Part shown: positions 60,101 to 64,000 of the stretch, piece after piece
Position numbering within the stretch: position 1 is the stretch's first letter
How the letters are laid out: the number at the start of each line of letters is the position of its first letter
Made by a program: the position numbers and the translations under genes
Notes under the pieces: model-generated
Database searches by the model: none
What the model saw: only the letters and a program-made list of their open reading frames with translations
Told to the model about the DNA's origin: nothing
Source of the DNA: Anthoceros angustus
Lineage: Eukaryota; Plantae; Anthocerotophyta
Assembly (NCBI GenBank): GCA_010909165.1
Contig: MU008161.1
Location: forward strand, 620,001-684,000
Length of the DNA stretch: 64,000 bases
Reading direction: 5' to 3'

Positions 60101-60387
60101 GAATTGCTTAGAACTTCCTCCATAGTACCAATATCAATGCCAATAGAACGTTGTATCTCCAGTTTGTCTTCATGAGAATTGCTCATAACTTCCTCCATAG
60201 TGCCAATATCAACGCCAGTAGAACGTTGTATCTCCGGTTTGTCTTCATGAGAATTGCTCATAACTTCCTCCATAGTAGCAATATCAGTGCCAGTTGACAG
60301 TTGTGCGCTAATAGCTGACTTCTTTGTTCTATGACGCCGAAGCGGGCGTTTACGTTGTCTCTTTGTAGTGACAGGTGATGTCTCCAT
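57175..60387 (-). CDS. Orphan 1070-aa acidic, repeat-built protein with basic NLS-like clusters and a C-terminal transmembrane anchor
   Basis: Uninterrupted 3.2-kb ORF; all repeat periods (75, 96, 33, 348 and 201 bp) are multiples of 3; ends FWKFLFLIAFVCLALYMVL-KPHSIF*. No family recognised. Confidence 0.75.
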   Translation of the reverse strand: METSPVTTKRQRKRPLRRHRTKKSAISAQLSTGTDIATMEEVMSNSHEDKPEIQRSTGVDIGTMEEVMSNSHEDKLEIQRSIGIDIGTMEEVLSNSPEDKPEILVGPLLLFGLKESKGDDDIDVLVKCGNTKELDVDGSIFISEEPRGHDNINVWVKKGHIHTDKILVGSLLISISEELRDNDNIDLLVESANIETVELGVDDSISISEEPRGHDDVDVLVESENTQIEELGTDGSVSISEEPRGYDDADVLVESENTEIEELVSDGSVSISEEPRGYDDVDVLVGSENIEIEELIADGSDSILEDPRGYDDVDVLVGSENDDVDVLVGSENDDVDVLVGSENTEIEELLADGSVSISEEPRGYDDVDVLVESENTEIEELIANGTVSISEEPRGYDDVDVLVGSENTEIEELIVDGSVSISEESQAHDDVEVLVENGQIETEDLVVKGIISEASGGHEGIDVLVQNEHIEVEKVVVGGPLAIIPSQELRGDNKLLEYSVQESITAGSVDSLVESENIEIEEPVIGDSLGIRHSQQSADNNNLAKSHIIENEETITGELDAIPALCKKLATEKSFNGGLTGLTEQTNNDTTHVEDMNAITGDDILAEVVLPSTYSVQESITAGAVDSLVESENIEIEEPVIGDSLGIRHSQQSADNNNLAKSHIIENEETITGELDAIPALCKKLATEKSFNGGLTGLTEQTNNDTTHVEDMNAITGDDILAEVVLPSTYSVQESITAGAVDSLVESENIEIEETVIGDSLGIILSQQSADNNNLTRSGITKNEETITSEVDSISWITVQKRRRKKLVIEKSFSNGHTEQTNNDTTHVDDMNAITSGDISDEVPLASMTQAGTTISVPIASSAVQNASQEKRKKRKKKKSNSGLMEQTNNDTAHVDDMNAIIGGDISDEVALPSMTQAGTTIVVPIASSTVHNVSQEKHKKRKKKKSNGGLMEQTNNDTTHVDDMNAITGSDILAEVALPSMTQAGTTMALPIASSAIPNALKGNHKKSNKKKSKKQKKNLNTEENLNTEEKFNIENNSGRSIPQFWKFLFLIAFVCLALYMVLKPHSIF

Positions 60388-61069
60388 TGGCTACATCATT
60401 CAGAAATCAAATCAATCACCATATAAAATTTAGTGACACAATCCTTTGAATATGAGATTCCCACACTAGCATACTATCAACATTGAAATAAAACAAAAAA
60501 TAGACTTTGCATTGTCTACTCTGAAGAGTCTTACATAGTAATACAATGGAGAATATAGAGATAAAACACTTCAATATGTAGCAACAATACCAAACATAAG
60601 CTAACTCCAGTGGAATTGTTCAATGCATTATAGTGTCTCTAGGCTCATACATATATAGACCAGATTATATTTTATGTTCCGATAGACTGTGCATAGAATT
60701 ATTCGAGCCTTTTGTGTGATATAATAAGATAAAATATATTTAAAATCAGGCTCTAAGAAAAATTCAATAAAGATAAAAGAAATATAATAAAAGATATCCA
60801 TTTACCATTTCCCATCTTCCATTTTTCCTTCTTTCATATACATGAGAACTGAAAGAAGAGATCAAAAATGATGTTGAGAGTGGAAGCTGAGGCTCACCTA
60901 ATGGTGAAGGAATAGTGCTAAGCATCTAAGAGCTAGTGGAGTCTAAAGGGTGCCTCCAATTTATAACATGGATTGTAGATAAAGGTTGCAACTAAGAATT
61001 ATTTTTCAAAGCAAACTTGCCCTTTATGGCCTGAAATTTAGACGGTTCAATAATGGAAGTATCTTAGAC

Positions 61070-61395
61070 AGCCTTACAACTTAAAGTAGGCTACCAAAGG
61101 CTAAGGTCACACAATTAGAAATTAGCATCCACCGAATTAGAATCCACCGATCCGATCTAATATTCAACTGACATAAAAGTTGTTATAAACGCATGACCAC
61201 ATGTGGCTTACAACTTGAAGAAGGCCACCAAAGGCCAAGGTCACACAATTGGCATGACCACATTTGGCTTCCAACTAATCAGTGTCGCATCCACCGATCT
61301 AGGTTTCTTAACTTGAAAGTTATTATAAATACATGAGCACATGTAGCTTACAACTTGAAATAGCCCACCAAGGACTAAGGTCACACGATTGAAAA
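61070..61395. repeat. Degenerate ~130-bp tandem repeat x3
   Basis: cttacaactt(a/g)aa...caccaa(a)gg(c/a)(c/t)aaggtcacac(a/g)att at about 61075, 61207 and 61347. Confidence 0.75.
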
Positions 61396-61942
61396 TGGAT
61401 GGGGCGCTTAAATTTGATATCAAGGCGCCATGCATGCATGTGAACACTAGTGGTACTAGAGTTCTTTTAGTTAGTGAAAAGTTGGGGTCAACAATTGTGG
61501 TAATAGGGTTCGGTTCAGTTAGAGAAGAGTTCGGAAGAGTTCGGTTTGGTTACTCGATACCAGGCGGTCGTGACATCTGCTGGGTAGTCCCGGTGAAGCT
61601 GTGAAGGTTGCACACAAGCCCAAAGCTCCGAAGGTGAATTCGAGCATTTATTTTAGAGCATCAAATCAATCATTCCTAAATCGCATCTTACAATACAGCG
61701 GCAGTACAGCGTGCGAAGCGAACTTGCCTTGCGCTGCTTAAGTTCAACCTAAGCAGGGCTCCCAACTCGCTTTCCTCTTTTTCCTGTACACGGCGACGTG
61801 AGGGTTATCATATCCCCTGTCACGCCAGAAGCAAACAAATTGTTCGGGAATGGCGGCTTCCGAACAAGCAGACGATCCATTCGTCTGCAGAAGGCGAGAA
61901 TAATTGTATGCCGGGGAGCAAGCCTCCAGACATGCAGCGCTG

Positions 61943-63883
61943 TCAGACGGCCCCTTCCGGCTCGTGATGGAAAACCTGCGTCTGGTCGCGGTCGCCCAGG
62001 GGGAAGGCAGCTCTGGCCGACAGCTCGTCGACCATGGAGAGGATGTACTTGGTCTTGGCCACCAGTTCGATGAGCAGCGAGGAAAACTTGACGAAGGAGA
62101 GCGCAGCTATTCTTTGGATGGTAGCGTCCCACTCCGGCCCGAGGGAGTCGCTGTGCTGAAACAACTCGCTTTGCCAGTCGGGCCGGAAGGTGGCGTCCGC
62201 GGCATCTGACTCCTCTCCATCCGCATTCGGGTGCGGGTGCTGCGGGCGCGGAGGACGGGTGTTGGTGGCGCCGGGGATGGGAATGGCGTCACTGTTGCCG
62301 GTGCCGGGATTCGAGAGCGGGTTCTCCCCCAGGAGGATGCGGGAATGTTTCCGGATCTTGTGCTGGAGCAGCAGCGCGGCCTCCTCCGCCTTCTGCACCA
62401 CGTCCTGGTGCTGGTAGCGGCGCATGTTGAGGATGGTGGCTCCCATGAGCCGCAGGGCCACTCCGCACTGGTGCCCTATCACCTGCAGCTCGTCCCGGAA
62501 GATGAAGCGCACGAAGGGCGGGGCCTGGATCTCGGCCCGCAGGCAGGCGTCCAGCGCGATCACGTCGTAGAGCTCGTAGCGGAGGTTGTCGATGATGTCG
62601 GAATAGAGATCCCAGGGGAAGCCCCAGAAGAAATTCCCATGGCAGGGCTCGAAAGGCACGGCCTTCATCAGCTTGTCCACGTCCGAGTCGGCCGCCAGGA
62701 TCTCGTAGAAGCTGGTGAAGATGTTGTCCACTGGCGTCTTCTTGCGGAGGGTTTCGGGCACGGGGTCCAGGACGACGCCGTTGCAGTAGGCGCGGACGCA
62801 GCCCTCCACGACGTTGCCCGCCGTGTGGAAGTTCTTGGCCACCAGCTTGTTCACCATGTCCCCCGCGTACGCCGGCGCCAGGCTCAGATTCACCAGCAGC
62901 GCGATGAGGAAGCCGATGAAGATGGTCACCAGGCGCACCAGCGGCAGCGCCAGCTTCTCCCGGAACGCGCTCTTGGAGAGGATGAGCAGGTGGAAGGTGA
63001 TCATGGACATCACCACGGCGTAGTTCCACTTATCCTTGAACGGCCTCCGGAACTTGAACACGGTGGGGATGGCAGCCCCCAGGAACACGCAGAACACGAT
63101 GAAGTGCGTCTCGTAGCTCCCAAACGAGGGCGCCGACAGATTCACGAAGAGCGCCAACATCGCCGCCACCAGCGTCCCCACCGTCCGGTTCAGCCCCTTG
63201 CTGAAGGTGAGCCCCACGGAGGCCTCCAGCACGATGTCCACCGTCACCACGGCCCACACCCCGTTCTGGTCGATGTTGCTGTACAGCGGCGGCGGAAGCA
63301 GAGCATGGACGCCAGCGTGGCCGCCAGCCCGCCTTGAAGGGAAGGCCAGCGGCCCGCCCGCCATGGCCTGCACCTGTTTCCACTTCCGCGCCGGCCATGT
63401 CACGCACCCAGGCATCCCCATCTCGCGCCTCCCGCCGCTTCCAGCTCCTGTTGCGGCCTGGGCCCGGCCCGGGAACCGACCCCGGAATCGGCAGGGAGGA
63501 GAAGGAGGAGCCCTGACTGCTGGCCGCGAAGCGCCTCTGCTTGCGCCGGATGAGGGAGCGCTGGCGGGCCAAGCTCGGAATGCTGTCGGTGCCCCGCCTT
63601 CGATCTGCTCCTGCTGCTGCTGCTGCTGCTGATTCTGCTGCTGCTGCTGCTGATGCTGCTGCTGCTCCTGCTGCTGGAGGGAGTGGAGGAGGCCCAGCGT
63701 CTCCTTGTCCAGCTCTGTGTCCGCTTCTCCATTTTCCACCCACGCGCTGCTGTTGTAAGACCAGGATGGCGGGGGAGTGGTGGAGGGAGCGGAGGCGGAC
63801 CAGCGGCCCTGCAGCAGGGGCTGGGTGAGCGCGTCCGTGTGCCGGAAGCTTTCCATGGTCTCGACGCCGCTGCCTCTCTCCAC
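61943..63883 (-). CDS. ALMT: Aluminium-activated malate transporter (ALMT) family anion channel, intronless
   Basis: NGVWAVVTVDIVLEASVGLTFSKGLNRTVGTLVA; YAVVMSMITFHLLIL; RLVTIFIGFLIALLVNL..PAYAGD; FEPCHGNFFWGFPW; ALDACLRAEIQAP; C-terminal IAALSFVKFSSLLIELVAK. Confidence 0.95.
   Translation of the reverse strand: MERGSGVETMESFRHTDALTQPLLQGRWSASAPSTTPPPSWSYNSSAWVENGEADTELDKETLGLLHSLQQQEQQQHQQQQQQNQQQQQQQEQIEGGAPTAFRAWPASAPSSGASRGASRPAVRAPPSPPCRFRGRFPGRAQAATGAGSGGRREMGMPGCVTWPARKWKQVQAMAGGPLAFPSRRAGGHAGVHALLPPPLYSNIDQNGVWAVVTVDIVLEASVGLTFSKGLNRTVGTLVAAMLALFVNLSAPSFGSYETHFIVFCVFLGAAIPTVFKFRRPFKDKWNYAVVMSMITFHLLILSKSAFREKLALPLVRLVTIFIGFLIALLVNLSLAPAYAGDMVNKLVAKNFHTAGNVVEGCVRAYCNGVVLDPVPETLRKKTPVDNIFTSFYEILAADSDVDKLMKAVPFEPCHGNFFWGFPWDLYSDIIDNLRYELYDVIALDACLRAEIQAPPFVRFIFRDELQVIGHQCGVALRLMGATILNMRRYQHQDVVQKAEEAALLLQHKIRKHSRILLGENPLSNPGTGNSDAIPIPGATNTRPPRPQHPHPNADGEESDAADATFRPDWQSELFQHSDSLGPEWDATIQRIAALSFVKFSSLLIELVAKTKYILSMVDELSARAAFPLGDRDQTQVFHHEPEGAV
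63605..63676. repeat. Interrupted CAG microsatellite encoding poly-Gln in the ALMT N-terminus
   Basis: (CTG)n runs on + give QQQEQQQHQQQQQQNQQQQQQQEQ. Confidence 0.9.
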
Positions 63884-64000
63884 ACCTCCAACAACTTAAT
63901 ACCGAGCGCACCGCATAGTCGTAGGCTAAAACTCACCAAGGCCAAGCAAGGCGGGATCATTAGACGACATTACTAAAACCTGCCTCCACAGGGTACCAGT

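Noticed and set aside
61480-61610. TGTCACGACC and TGGTATCGAG on the minus strand as an LTR start and PBS
   Set aside because: The two motifs are only 3 bp apart, which is incompatible with an LTR between them, and there is no partner repeat.
61904-63976. Long overlapping ORFs (368, 293, 246, 186 aa) around ALMT
   Set aside because: Alternate-frame and antisense shadows caused by high GC3. Only the FKAG segment is informative, and it is reported as a finding.

Overview
Eukaryotic nuclear DNA from a land plant, most likely a non-seed lineage such as a hornwort, other bryophyte or fern. This is inferred from a PLS-E PPR gene, an ALMT, germin-like cupins, a plant-type LpxD with short introns and a plant U6 promoter. 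The first ~34 kb is a nested transposon stack. A spliced Sola2-like DDD transposase truncates a Copia (A). Copia A's integrase is split by a CACTA-ended, minisatellite-bearing insertion. That insertion holds a complete Copia (B; LTRs, PBS, PPT, ATTAT TSD), and Copia B's gag is split by an Athila-like element with ~4.3 kb LTRs and only a 1.3 kb gag-only interior. A CRE-type non-LTR retrotransposon follows. The second half is gene-rich: an LpxD pseudogene, an ankyrin-BTB gene, LpxD, a PPR pseudogene, tandem germin pseudogenes, a second CRE copy with an internal inversion, a MEE22-like coiled-coil gene, a J-domain-like fragment, U6 snRNA, a 1070-aa repeat-built acidic tail-anchored orphan ORF and an intronless ALMT. 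Repeat copies differ mainly by 1-bp indels, so some frameshifts and tandem duplications may be long-read assembly noise. All family calls are from motif recognition by eye; no database search was run.
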